Source: Sphagnum compactum
Lineage: Eukaryota
Length of the DNA stretch: 64,000 nucleotides
Assembly: GCA_965153455.1 (NCBI GenBank)
Contig: OZ234493.1
Coordinates: 29,626,213 to 29,690,212 of the forward strand
Reading direction: 5' to 3'
The translations under genes and the position numbers were made by a program. Position 1 is the stretch's first letter, and each line of letters opens with the position of its first letter. The notes under the pieces were generated by a model, which saw only the letters and a program-made list of their open reading frames with translations, was not told the origin of the DNA and did not search any database. Positions 50,076 through 62,700 of the stretch are shown piece by piece.

Positions 50076-50502
50076 ATGCGTCGACAGCAGCGAGGACCTC
50101 CGGCGTCCCTGATTACCAGGGCAGTTGACTGGGTGTTCACTATGTTGCGCAACGCCGAGTTCGAGATTCTCTTCGTTCTATTCTTCGTTATCGCTTACCT
50201 TCTTTTCAAGGACTTGGTATGGTGGTGGCCGTTTCACTTTTTTTTGAGTCTCCCTTTGGTTTTCTTATGAACTTTTTTGTCGTTTTTCTGCTCAGTTTCG
50301 GGGTCCTGATGCTGCATTCGATTAGTCTGAATCTCTCTCATCGAGCAGATATTTTGTTTCTTTTTCCTTTCTTGATGATGATGCGTGAGAGATCATTTGA
50401 AATGATCAAAGAACTGTTTGTCGGCTGTGGCAGACCGCGCGGCCGGAGTATAATCAGATTTTGTCTAAGAAAGGTCAAGAGCGGGGGAGCGGGTTCTTCT
50501 GA
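50076..50502 (+). CDS. Small (69 aa) single-pass membrane protein of unknown function, 2 exons
   Basis: Exons 50076-50216 and 50434-50502 (TTG|gtatgg...ggcag|ACC) give MRRQQRGPPASLITRAVDWVFTMLRNAEFEILFVLFFVIAYLLFKDLTARPEYNQILSKKGQERGSGFF*. I recall the AEFEILF...FKDLTxRPEYN motif from small conserved plant proteins (not checked by search). Confidence 0.82.
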
Positions 50503-50858
50503 CCGAGTGCTCCTAGATGCAACCGAGTGTCGGGCTTCCTCCCAATTCTATATAGTATTGGGTGAGTCATCTCAACTAATAATCTGTTTACGCGCATCCT
50601 TATCGACTTTCTTGATGAGATTTTCCAGAGCTTTTTCCTGGTCTCTAAACATAGTAGCTATAGATGAGTAGACTGGGAACCTTATACCGTGATTTCTTTA
50701 GCTGTGTATGTGTATGAGGTGCTGATACGCACACATTTGTTTTCATCGGTAACTCTTGTCTGTTTGCATTGTTTTAGCTTCCCAGGAGACAAAACCCTGC
50801 AACAATGGGCCTTTAAAATGCCAGATACTGTGAAAGAAGATCAAAGTTTCACTTTTGG

Positions 50859-51162
50859 GCAATGTCTCTTGAGTGCTAGCTAACATCACGTCTGAGTCTT
50901 CCCATTGCTTCCTGAAAGGCAACAGAAACTCAGGATGCAGATTGTGTACAAGTTTTTGGGAAGATTATTATATGCTTATCTACACCCACTGTTGGGAGCG
51001 GATGAACTCGGTGGGTAGTCATGGCAGCTCGTCACTGCCGTTCGTGATGAAGGTGATGGTCTGTCACTTTGTGAGCGACTCTCATGAGGTTATGACTGCA
51101 CTCATTGTTGTGTTACCTTTAATTGTTGTTGTGGAGATTTCTCTGCAACTTCATCAAGCTTT
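50859..51162. repeat. Near-identical copy of 52211-52527, flanked by a 12-bp direct repeat
   Basis: Aligns from gcaatgtctcttgagtgctag to caacttcatcaagcttt. cttttgggcaat occurs at 50852-50863 and 51159-51170. Confidence 0.9.
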
Positions 51163-52079
51163 TGGGCAATCCTTGTACAGTATCTAGGTGCAAGATAGTA
51201 ATTTTTCCTAATGATTATTTATCAATGTGCCATTGGGTTATGTGTTGCTGTGCATGGGTAGGAGCAAGCCATTGGAGATTTTGGGAAAGGGAAACTATTT
51301 GGTTCTCATTAGGACCACAAAGTGATCAAACTTCACAGTCTTCTTACGGATAATGCCGATGCAAAGTTATGAATTTGGGCATGTATACAATCTGAGGGCA
51401 TACTCTTCATTAGAATCACCTGAAGTAATGGGAACACAGCTCTATCATACAAACAGGTTGTTGTTGACCTAGACAATGTATGACTAGAATGATCTCAGTG
51501 AGCAAGACTTTTGCAGGGTACATCATTTCTCATTCACAACAATTTTGATGAGACACAAGGTTGTACCACTGCTATTGCCATCTCAATTTTCTGGAATAAG
51601 AGGTCAAGTTTCTTTCTGACCAATATGACCGCTATTATGCTTCAAATTCCCTTGAGCCACAAGTATAGGAACTGAGGTGTGTCAGCTTCTGGAGTTGTTG
51701 GAAGAAGCTATTGATGTTTCAGTGCTGTGTGCTTTGCAGTAAGAGTCCAAAGTACCAGAGTGTTTGGCATAATTGATGCAGAGTTTGCTGCCTTGATTCT
51801 TCCCAGATAGGCTTAAAAAGGACCTTTAAAGTTCACAATGACCAACATGCGAATCATCCAACTTACAGAAGCCGCCTCTGGAATCATGTGTGTTAACAGC
51901 AGTCTAAGCACCAGCAGGAATCATCAATGCCCACATTTGGTTTGTTGGTTTCTCAGATCAAGTATTGTTGATCACTTTGGTGTAGAATTTGCTGTCTCAA
52001 TGTCAGGCAGTGCAGAGATGTTTGTGACAGCATAATCAGGAATTGACCCGGTCATGCTTTATTGCTTCATGGGACACCC

Positions 52080-52527
52080 TCTTTATAGGCCTCTATGTCT
52101 TTTAGGCATAGATGCTTGCATATACAGGGACATGCTAAAATGAAATAAAAGCTCTTTCCTTCAGAAGCTTGTTGCAGCTTGAATGAGGATACTATTGACT
52201 TTTTTGATTAGCAATGTCTCTTGAGTGCTAGCCAACATCACGTCTGAGTCTTCCCTATTGCTTCTGGAAAGGCAACAGAAACTCAGGACACAGATTGTGT
52301 GTAATGGTTTGCCCAAGTTTTTGGGAAGATCATTATATGCTTATCTACACCCACTGTTGGGAGCTGATGAACTCGGTGGGTAGTCATGGCAGCTTGTCAC
52401 TGCCGTTCATGATGAAGGTGATGGTCTGTCACTTTGTGAGCGACTCTCATGAGGTTATGACTGCACTCATTGTCGTGTTACCTTTAATTGTTGTTGTGGA
52501 GATTTCTCTGCAACTTCATCAAGCTTT
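52080..52527. repeat. Diverged copy of the VSR 3' region; probable donor of 50859-51162
   Basis: Direct alignment to both 46335-46795 and 50859-51162. Confidence 0.88.
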
Positions 52528-54477
52528 ATTGCTTCCTGGGGAGAAACATCATTGATTGCTTTGGTTACAATTGGCAGTGTGAAGAGTACATGAGTCACAT
52601 GACCATCCACATTTGTCATGCTCATGTGTGGTTTATCGCTCTATCCAAGAGACATTGGTGGCCACATTTGTCAGGCTTGGGAGTCTGAAGAGTAGTAAGT
52701 GACTAGCAGCACGACTGGGATTGTTGTGCTCATGTCTGGTTAATTGGTTTCTTAAGACAAACATTGGGGATCAAATTGGTCATAGAAGAAATTTTCACAG
52801 CCAGGCCTGTCACTTAACAGGAAGTCGCCAATACTTCCAAGATACTTTTTTCTATGAAAAAGGATGAACAACTAAGTTCATGGTCAAAAATAGTTGTGGA
52901 TGTCTAGTTCAAGCATAGAAGTAACTTAACGATCCATTTTTGAAGGCATGTTTGGATCAAAGTTTCTATCACATCAGTAAGAACCACTACAACAGAATGT
53001 TGTTTTTCCTATGGCAGTAGACATTTAGCTTTGTGACCCTTGTGAAACTTTGTGTCTTGTCTTTTTTTGAGCATATGAGAGAGAGTTGGGATGGCCTAAT
53101 ATACGTATATCCCGTTAGGCATGCTTGTTTGCAACTTATACAGCAAGTGCACTCATCATTGTCATGGGTTAGAATTGAATGTGGATTTGTAAAGCCCTCC
53201 TAGTTTTTTTGTTTTTGTAAATGGTTGCCAGTATTCAATGGAACTCTGCACTGCAGACACCTCTACAGTGGGTTGTTATGTGCACCACAGTTTTCAATAC
53301 AGAAATACTGTAGTACCTTGGCAGCTTCAACAAACGGTTTCAACACATATTACTCAAAGAAATGTTGAAATTGTTTGAAAAATATTTTCTTAAAGAATTT
53401 TTTTGTGTGAAGCAAAATAGAGAATCCTTTGGAATATTCAGGAATAGTGTATTATTCAACATGGAATCTTTGAACTATCAATTACTGAACAGACATACCA
53501 TAGTACCTTGATGGCACAAATTATATTTTCTTAGAAATACTGAAATTTTCAAAATTTTATTTTTTGTGAAGAAATTTTTTTTTTGGTTGAGGGAAAATGA
53601 AGAATCTTTTGAAATATTATGACAATATTTTATTTATCAAAATGAAATCTTCAAATTTAATTAGTTAATGATTCGACTGCCATGTGCTAAAGCCACCCCT
53701 GTAGGTAATGCAGATTGTTGAAGCTGACCCTGTTCTATATGGTACATAAACTCAATAAGCTTTGATTTTCCATTTCTAAAATAGTCTTGTCCCAAAATTC
53801 AATTTCATTTGCAATTTTAACATTCATTCAAGTCCTTCATTTGTTTGTTTGTGTGTTTCCCCAAAACACTATTCTGTTACAGTAGTGGTAGTTCCTTCTT
53901 TCTATGTCCCCACAAAGCTGCCCATGTCATTAGCCTAAGCCCAAAATAGTGAGAAGCAGAAATGAAAATAGCTGTTGGTGGGGATGGGGGTCCTTTCATA
54001 TTTGGACTTGAGAGTGGCAGCATCCCATATCATCCTTGCCCAACTATGTGTTAGATAGACCACCGCTTCCCATTGAAAGCCAAGTCCAAATAGGATAAAA
54101 ACCATTTAATCCTTTTCGGGGGTTTCTTATTAAAGAAACAATCCTCCATTTCCAAACCTTTTTCCATTGCTTTTCTACATACACCAGTCTATGCATGAAA
54201 GAAATAGCTCACTTCCAAGCAGTTCTTCTTCTATTCTTTTGTTGCACTCCCAAAATCTATTGATAATCATCTCCCGTACCCTTGCTTTGCAATTAATGCA
54301 ATTCACATCAATTTCATTCACTGCCACAACTTTATGCCACATTACCTTATATGAACCCCTAAGTCTGTCTTTGCACAATTCTTCAACCACACATTGTTCT
54401 ACTAAAAGTGGAATGTTTGTTGCGAGAGGATCAGTGCCCATTTCTTAGGTACGGTTTTGCTCAACCTCCTCCTATTA

Positions 54478-55145
54478 CAATAAACTCTCTCTAAACTAAT
54501 ATTGTGTAAACTAATATTCTCTCTAAACTAATATGCGGGCACAGGCTCGTGGCGGGCCTCATACTTAATCTAATAATTCTTCATAAACTGATATTCAATA
54601 TTTTTTTCCAGTCCCATAGCATTTTATAAACTAATACATCATACATATGGCACCAAAAAAGCGATGAAATCAGAGGAAACACCTTCGAAAGTACAGAGCT
54701 AGATGCGCTGGAAGAAGCTATCAATATTCCTCGGTAGTATGAAAAGTTCCTTTCTGCGGCATTGTTCTGCTCTTGCTTTTGGGGAAAGGGTTTGGACAAG
54801 ACTGACCAGCTGACTGCCCACAGCCCCTTTTATAGAGCGAAGGAGGGCATTCTGAGAGTACCCAGAGTGCAGCCTTCCACAACCTCACTTTCTGCCAAGA
54901 TTTCTACCACTCATGTCATATGATCTTCTACGTGCTTCTTTGATCCTCCACCAAGCTCCACAAGGTTCCGTTACCTTCCCCAATGATCCATGACCTTCTA
55001 CTAACCTCCATGACCTTCCATGCTGCTCTGGCAAGTCCCGGAATGATTTTTGTTACCCCCCATATAATTTGTGTAAATTAATATCCTCCATAAACTAATA
55101 TCTTCCAGCCGGTCCCAAGGATATTAGTTTAGAGAAAGTTTACTG
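54478..55145. mobile_element. Non-autonomous Tc1/mariner/pogo-like element
   Basis: Ends ta-caataaactctctctaaactaatat and atattagtttagagaaagtttactg-ta match at 25/27 positions. TA flanks both sides (54476-77, 55146-47). Subterminal taaactaatat repeats are present. Confidence 0.85.
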
Positions 55146-58100
55146 TATTAAGGAATTTTCTGCTAATTTTAGTTCAATATTTCAACAATTCTCCATGCTC
55201 TTCCCATGCCTAGTCTCCAACCTCGCTGGGTCCATTTATGGGTCCAACTCCAACCTCACTAGGGACCTATAGAAGAGGAAGAATTGAGTTGAACTTTTGC
55301 AAGGCATGTATTTCACCTTTGTTCTTATTTCCTTGATACACAAAAAAAACCAAGATATGATCAGGTGGCCTTAACATTTGGTGATCACACCACAAATATA
55401 AAACCATGATTCCTAGTTTATTGACTCTTATTTTGAGATTTCTCGTTTATTATTTGTCTTCATCACAAAAGTGAATTTTATTTTCAAAAGTGATTGTATA
55501 TTTGTTGTGTTTTTTATTTTCAAACAAGCCACATAAAACTTCCAAAAACAATAAAATTATACTTAAGTCTTTTTGTTTGTCTATAACTTCTTTTTTTTAT
55601 TGTAGTATGACAACAGTTCTTACTAGAAGCATGAGGAAGCAATTGGATGAAGCGTTGCAAGAAATATAACAAGCCAAACCTTTTGGTGGTCAAGGAATGG
55701 AGTTACCAAAAATGGATCTACATGATGTTGCTACTTTTCACAGTGAGGAGTAGTTGGAGTTGGAAACTACACCCAACAAAGGAGAACTAGAAAATTGGAG
55801 TGATACCAAAAACCATCTAACAAAAAATACTGTTAATATTACAACAAAGACTTTGCAAGAACCTATTTGGAACCTTATCAAAAACCAAGTTTGTTGGTAC
55901 AATGAAATTGTTTTACCCAATACTTTGTGCTTAGGAGAATGGAAAATTTCAACTCCAAAGGTGATCAAAGAATGTGATGGTTTTAGGAGAAGGATGTTTT
56001 TAATGATGAACGTAGTGACCATTCTTCTAATGAGTATGGGGGATGATGATGAATTCAAACAAGAAATTTTGATAGCCCTTGTTTTTAATGTCGAAATCAC
56101 CTCTTTTGTTCTAACATGTTACTTTTGTCATGGCATTGGTCACATGATAGGAAGTTGCCCCTATTGATTTAGTGAAGTGTTAGTTACCAACCCTTTTCCG
56201 ACTTTTGTGCCCAATACCCACCTAGTTGCTCTCAAAGTTATAACTAGTGAAGGTGATGGAGGAGCACCAAAATTATTACAACATTCCCATGCAATATTTC
56301 CACCAACCAAAGGGTTTTATACCAGAAATCAAAGACCTTTTCTAAACCCACTAGGGGAGGAGGTGTACCCCCTAGTAGTGGTTCACTTGGAGGTGGAAGT
56401 GGACCAACTAGGATCTACTTAGAACCTTGGTACCCATTGTGGTATCCAGTATTGTTATTTCTGTTCCTACAATTATCTTTACTCGAAAATCTTTGTCATA
56501 TCTTACTTACTCCATTGGAACAACTCTTGATGCCCATGTTAGGGTATTAAAAAAAGGCCATTTAGGCTGGGGAGGGGGGTTGGGGGGATGATTCTAACAT
56601 AGTGAATTATTTTTTTGCTTCACTTTGATAGGTGCCATTTCAGAATGGGGGGGAAATTTCATTCAATCTCACCCAAGTTGTACCTTTGAAAAGTTGGAAG
56701 GTTTTTTACAAACAGTTCAAACTAATGAACAACACTACATGACTCTTAAAATGATCAAATAAGGCGATGATGAAAAGGTTGAAGTGTACTATACCTGTAT
56801 ACTCAAGCTTGTTAATTGTTTTACAACATCAAGCAAGTGATATCTTGTTGACTACCTTTTTGAGAGTCGGAGTATTGCCCTACTTAAGGGTAGTGACAAT
56901 AGGGATGAAGAGAGACACCTTATTTTAACACAAGGAGGCTACTATTATTTGTGAAGAAAACTTGGGGGATGTTTTTAATAGGAAATTACTTGAACCCTCA
57001 ACAAAATAATAAAATTAATGAAACAAAACAAACAAAAATCACTTGTGGATGTTGCCACAAATGGGACATGCCAAGGAGTGGTGTCACTAGAACCTAGATA
57101 ATCTCAACAAGTTGAAGGGAAAAAAGAATTTTTGATAAACAAAATTTCCACCATGTGCAAAGGAAAGGATAAAAAATCAATCTAATAAATATGACAAATA
57201 GAATCAAGGTGGCAAAAATGGTCCCACATTTTACCATTGTTTTATCTGTTGTTTAGTACAACATAAAATTTAAGTTTGTCCACACAAACAAGCAACCCAA
57301 TAGATGTTCAAGGAAAAAACCTCCACATGAAAATTGAATAAGGAATTAAAGGCAATTGTCAGCATGGTTTTGGCAATATGACAAGGAGTAAAGTATCGAA
57401 AGTAGTCACTTTCAAAGAAAAAGAATCAAGGAAAACAAAATTTGCAATTGATTGGGTGAAGAGAACCAATTGTAAGAAACATTTGAATTTGTTATCTACA
57501 AAATCCAAGAGAATGAACCTCCCATGCAATTGGAAACAAGTTGAATATTGGGAATTCAATTCCAAATCTTGCAAAACTTACTAAAAATAGTCATATCGAA
57601 ATGTTAGATGGTATTGATTTTGTCCATGGTAGATCTACTATTAGCAAATATTTTAATTATATTAAAAATTATTTAATTGTTGTTGGATAATGTACACACC
57701 TTTACTTTGGGCCAACATTTCATGCATATTGTCCCATATTTAAAATAATATGTTTTTTTTAAACTCTCTCCCTCCAAGAAACTGGACATCTCATTAGGAC
57801 CTACTCCTATCATAACTTCAAGAGCCAAAGACCTCGCATGGCAATAATACAAGTGCATCTAAGAAAAATTATTGTGGAGGATGTGCTATTGGATGGAGGA
57901 TCTCTAGTCAACATAATTGCCAAAGATTTGAACAAAACATTAGGATTTCCCATTTTTAGACCAACCCCTTTTACCTTAACAATGGCAAACTAGACCTTCA
58001 CTAAATAAGTAGGTCTGATTAAGGATCTCAACATCATCCATGGAATTCTATATGTTGTATCATTTGTAACTATGAAAAATAATGTTTTGGATGTAAGTTA

Positions 58101-58877
58101 TTTTATGTTGATTGGCCACCCTTGGCTACATAATGCCAAAGTCACTCATGATTGGGGGAACAACCTCATCACCATTGATGGGAATGGCATTATGCATACA
58201 ATAGTCATGAACACAAATTTGGATAGTAACATGAAGTGGCTAAAAGTGCTCTTTGGCTACGATTTTGTTAATGGAGTCATTGATGAAGAGGAGGATTTTT
58301 TTTAGAAAACAAACTAGATTTGTTCATAATCAAAATTATCACCTTACCGAAACTGGGAATCTTGTTGGCACTTCTCAAAAGTTTAGAATATGGTATTGAG
58401 GATTTCATTTTTTATTTTCCACATGCACCAACAAAATTTTGGTAGATGCCACTATTATTCAAATCAAGGTACATGACCTAACGATTAACAAATGGACATT
58501 ACTAGAAGAAGTCCGAGTCAAGTTGTTCAATTTAGGTATTGATGAAGAACCATAATTGGTGAAAATCTATGCATATTTTTGATCCTAAGATAACCCAAAA
58601 GGTAAAACAATTATTCCAATACAAAGATGTCTTTGCGTAGACATACGAGGATTTGACAAGCATACCACCCCACATAACATGACATTGAATTGAATTGGAT
58701 AACATTATTCCACCAACACATCAAACTTAATACATGATGAATCCTAATTATGCAACAATCGTAAAACAAGATTTGGACAAACTACTAAATTCATGGCCCC
58801 AATGAAGGAAGCCATTTGGCTTTCCCCCATTGTTCTAGTACCAAAAAAGAATGGGAAACTTAATATTTGCATGGACT

Positions 58878-59725
58878 TGTTAATAGACAAAGTATATACT
58901 TTTAGAAAAACATGTACATAAGAATCTCATTATTCTTATGCATGCATGTTCAAACTATACACAATCTATAGATTCGAATTCAAAAGATAATAAGACAAAT
59001 TTATGAATGTTATTGCAAATGAACAAGAATACAAAAGATTCAAACTCGTCTTCTTAAATAGGCTAAATGATTTTTACTAGTAATTAAAATAATTACCTAA
59101 CTAAGTAGGAATTAATAACTAGTTAGTTAACATTCATCCAAATTCTAATTTAGCACATACAAAAATCAAATATGTACTCAATACATGGTAACATCTAACT
59201 AACAAGATAACTATGGATTATGATTTAACACTTAAAAAAATCAAATTTGTACTTAATATATGTTAACATTTGATTAATAAGATAAATACAAATTATGACT
59301 TAACATTTTAAAAATAAAATATGTATTTAATATGCCTTAACATCTAATTAACAAGGTAACTATAGGTTAATCTTATATATAATTACATACATGGTGTCTG
59401 TCCGTGCGTGCGTCTGTCCGTTTTTACCTTTTCGAAATTACCTAATTTAACTAAGTTACTTTTTACTGCCGCAGTTATTACTGAGCGGCAGCGGGGGGGG
59501 GGGGGGGGGGGGGGCAGCAAGGGGGGGGACGGGCGGGAAAGGACCGGACGGGGGAGTGAAAGGAGGTGTTTTTTTTTTTTTTTCGTTTTTTTTGGGTCCT
59601 CCCTCCTTTTCTTGGGGGTGGCTGGAGTGGCGTAGCCACGGGTTACCAACCACTCGTACTTATAAAGGCCAGATCTATGTTTACTACATGTTAAAGACTA
59701 TAGATTAATGTTTATAGGGTTAACA
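58878..59725. mobile_element. Solo-LTR-like insertion splitting the Gypsy RT
   Basis: Begins TGTTAA and ends TTAACA. Flanks ggact/tgacc form a degenerate 5-bp TSD. The RT reading ICMD..KLNVTTKKD resumes across it. Contains three ~76-bp tandem units (59160-59370). Confidence 0.72.
59371..59656 (+). mobile_element. Short non-autonomous Helitron-like element
   Basis: Sits between A and T with no TSD. Starts TC (tcttatatataa), has a subterminal hairpin gtggc-gta-gccac, and ends ctcg. GC-rich with poly-G in an AT-rich host. Confidence 0.7.
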
Positions 59726-62700
59726 TGACCTTTGAAAATTGAATGTGACCACCAAAAAAGATTCATATCCTTTAATTTTTACGAAAGAAGTCTTGGATAT
59801 GGTGGCAAGTCATGAGATCTATTCCTTTTTAAATGGATGTTCCAACTATCATCAAATTATGATAGCCTCAAAAAACTTGTTCAAAGTGGCCTTCATTGCA
59901 AATTGGGGAGCCTTTGTGTGGATTGTCATGTTGTTTGAACTACAAAATGTTCCAATGACATACCAACATGCAATGTATATGGCCTTTTGAGGCTATTTTG
60001 GGGTTCAATGTGTTCAAGAAGTTGTTCCTTGATGACTTCAATGTGTTCAATGATTTCAAAATGCAACTAGATAAACTTTGATTGTGTTTTGACAAGTGCA
60101 TAGATTTTAGTAATAGTTTTAACCTAGAGAAATGCGTGTTCTCAATATATTTTAGGGTCATCTTCGAGTATATTGTATCCAAGGAAGGCAAATTACTAGA
60201 TCCAAAAAAGATTTTAGCAATAGTCAATATGCTACCACCGAAAACCTTAAAGGACATACATGTTTTAAATGGCATGGCCTAGTTTTATAGTTGTTTTATT
60301 TGCAATTTTTCCTTTATAATGGCACAATCACCAAGGTACTATGAAAATTTTAGATTTTTTCTTTGACCCTAGAATGTAAAGTAGGGAAACCATTGAATAA
60401 CTATATTTAAATGCTTTGATTTTTGTCACTCCTAGGTGGGATTTAGAATTTCATGTCTAGACATATGCTTCCAACTTGGTAGTTAAAACTATGCTAGCCC
60501 ATAACACTCTTGAAAAAATGTGATTAACTAATTGCCTATGCATCCCATGTTCTCAACAATGCAAAAAAAAATTACATTGCTATAGAAAAGGAAGCCTTGG
60601 CCATGGTTTATGCATTGCACAAATTCATGCATTATTTATTGGGCAATAGGTTTATATTTTATATAAATCACATGGCACACATATACTTGATAAAAAAGCC
60701 ACAAGTTTTTGGGAGAATAACTAGATGGTTGTTGTTGTTTTTGGAATATGATTTTTCTGTAATCTACAAACTAGGTCGTTCTCATTTTGATGTAGATGTT
60801 TTATCATGACTATCAAATATTACTAAAAACTATGGAGTCCCAAACCAAACCACAAACGCTTCTCTATTCCTATTGTAGTTTATTTGGTTGCAAGAAATTA
60901 AGGATTGCCTTTCCATTGGAAAATTTATCCAATAAGGTATTATCAAGAACAAAAAAAAAAAGTAATGCTAAAGGCATTGCCTTTTTCCTTCATTCACAAC
61001 TAGTTGTACAAATAGGGACCATATCAAACATTGAGATGGTGCTTGTAACAAGATTATATTCCAATTGCGTTGCAGGAAATGCATCAAGGAGTGGGAGGTG
61101 GCCATTTCTTTGTAGACATCAATATTAGGAAGATCTTGGATGCTAAATATTGTTGGCATACTTTAAAGAAGGACGCTATGCAACATTATTAGTTTAGTGA
61201 TGACTGCCAACATACAAAAATTTTAGCCACCAAGAACATGGCCACATTGGTTACCACTTTGCCAACTGAACCTTTTATGAAATGGGGCTTGGACTTCATT
61301 AGGCCCATTAAGTTTATTAATAGGACCATTGAAAATAAACATATTTTGGTAGCTACAAATTATGCTACAAAATGGTGGAAGCCAAAGTCTTTAGGACCAA
61401 TGTAACAACATAATCTATTTATGAGTTCATTTTGATAAGGTTTGGTTGTACATTCACCCTAGTTAGTGACAAATGCACAGACTTCATCAATGATGCCATT
61501 GATATCTTGACCATTCATTTTTTTTTCACACTAGTTTCCCCACCTATTATACATGAGGGAATAATCATGTAGAATCGACCAACAAAGGCATCCAACTATT
61601 GTTGACCAAATTGGTAGATGAGAAAATGATAAATTGGGATGAACATCTACATATCCTCCAATATGTTTATAGGACTGCTTTCAAGGTGGCAACATGGCAT
61701 ACCCGTTTTTAGTTGGTGTATGGGTTTTTCTTCTTTAATGCCTATAAATTATTTGCTACCCACCACCAACTCCCAAACTTCCAAGAAATTTTCACTAGTC
61801 AAAATATTAACCAATAGACTATTAGAATTGGAAACATTAGAGGATTCAAATAGGAGGCGATTGAAACCATAGGCAAAAGATAGTGGAATCATGTTCTTTA
61901 GGTGCAACACCATTACAAGACCAAATCCTTTTCCATGTGGAATCATGTGTTATGGTTTCCAAAAGACAAAAAAAATCACATAGGAAAATTCAAGAAAAGA
62001 TGGTTTGGCTTGACTGGAATCAATATTGCCTACCCAACAACATTGTTTTGTTGATCAATGTGGACAAATTTGACCCCAATCTCATCCTTGTCAACATCAA
62101 CAAGTCAAGACCTTAGTATAGATTTCAGGATGCAGCTACCATAAGATTGGAAGTTTAAATACAAGGGGGAAGAAATGAGATAATGGGTCTCCATAGGGAA
62201 ACCTTACTAAAATTTCTCCAAAGGGAAACCATAACAAAATTTATCTACATGAAACCCCACCAAATCGTTTTTATAGGGAAGCACTATTAAAATTTCTCCA
62301 CATGGTGATATTTCTGAATTCATTGTGGGGAACTATTACCAGAATCCAATTGCAACAACAATTGGTTAAGATTGATAGAAAACTGGAACCATTTGCAAAT
62401 TTTGGAACATTGGAATCCCCTATCAAACAAATTCTATAGGGAAACCTTTTTGAAATTCCCTATAGGGAAACATTATCGAAGTTTCTCCAAATGGTGATAT
62501 TATCGAAAATTCATTACACGAACATACTACTGAAATTCAACTAGATCATGCAACACCTTGTTAACATTGGCACAAAACCAAAATCAATTACATATTTTAG
62601 ATCATTGGAATTGGCTATAGATTTTGGAACAATGGAATAAGCTACAAATTTTGTAACATCAAATTTCCAGTCTCACAATGGCGTTGCCTTAAGTATTTAG

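Larger units (their letters stand above)
55600..62150 (+). mobile_element. Decayed Ty3/Gypsy LTR retrotransposon (gag-PR-RT-RH-INT)
   Basis: CYFCHGIGHMIGSCP (~56117), gag-like region ~56750-56920, protease VLLDGGS (~57885), RT (WLSPIVLVPKKNGKL ~58820; TKKDSYPL; FLDDF ~60025), RNase H (EKEALAMVYALHKF ~60590), integrase (MHQGVGGGHF ~61080; WGLDF ~61283). Many stops and frameshifts; its own LTRs were not identified. Confidence 0.9.

Noticed and set aside
59383-59653. Pro-, Gly- and Lys-rich ORFs
   Set aside because: Translations of poly-G and poly-T runs in the Helitron-like insert.
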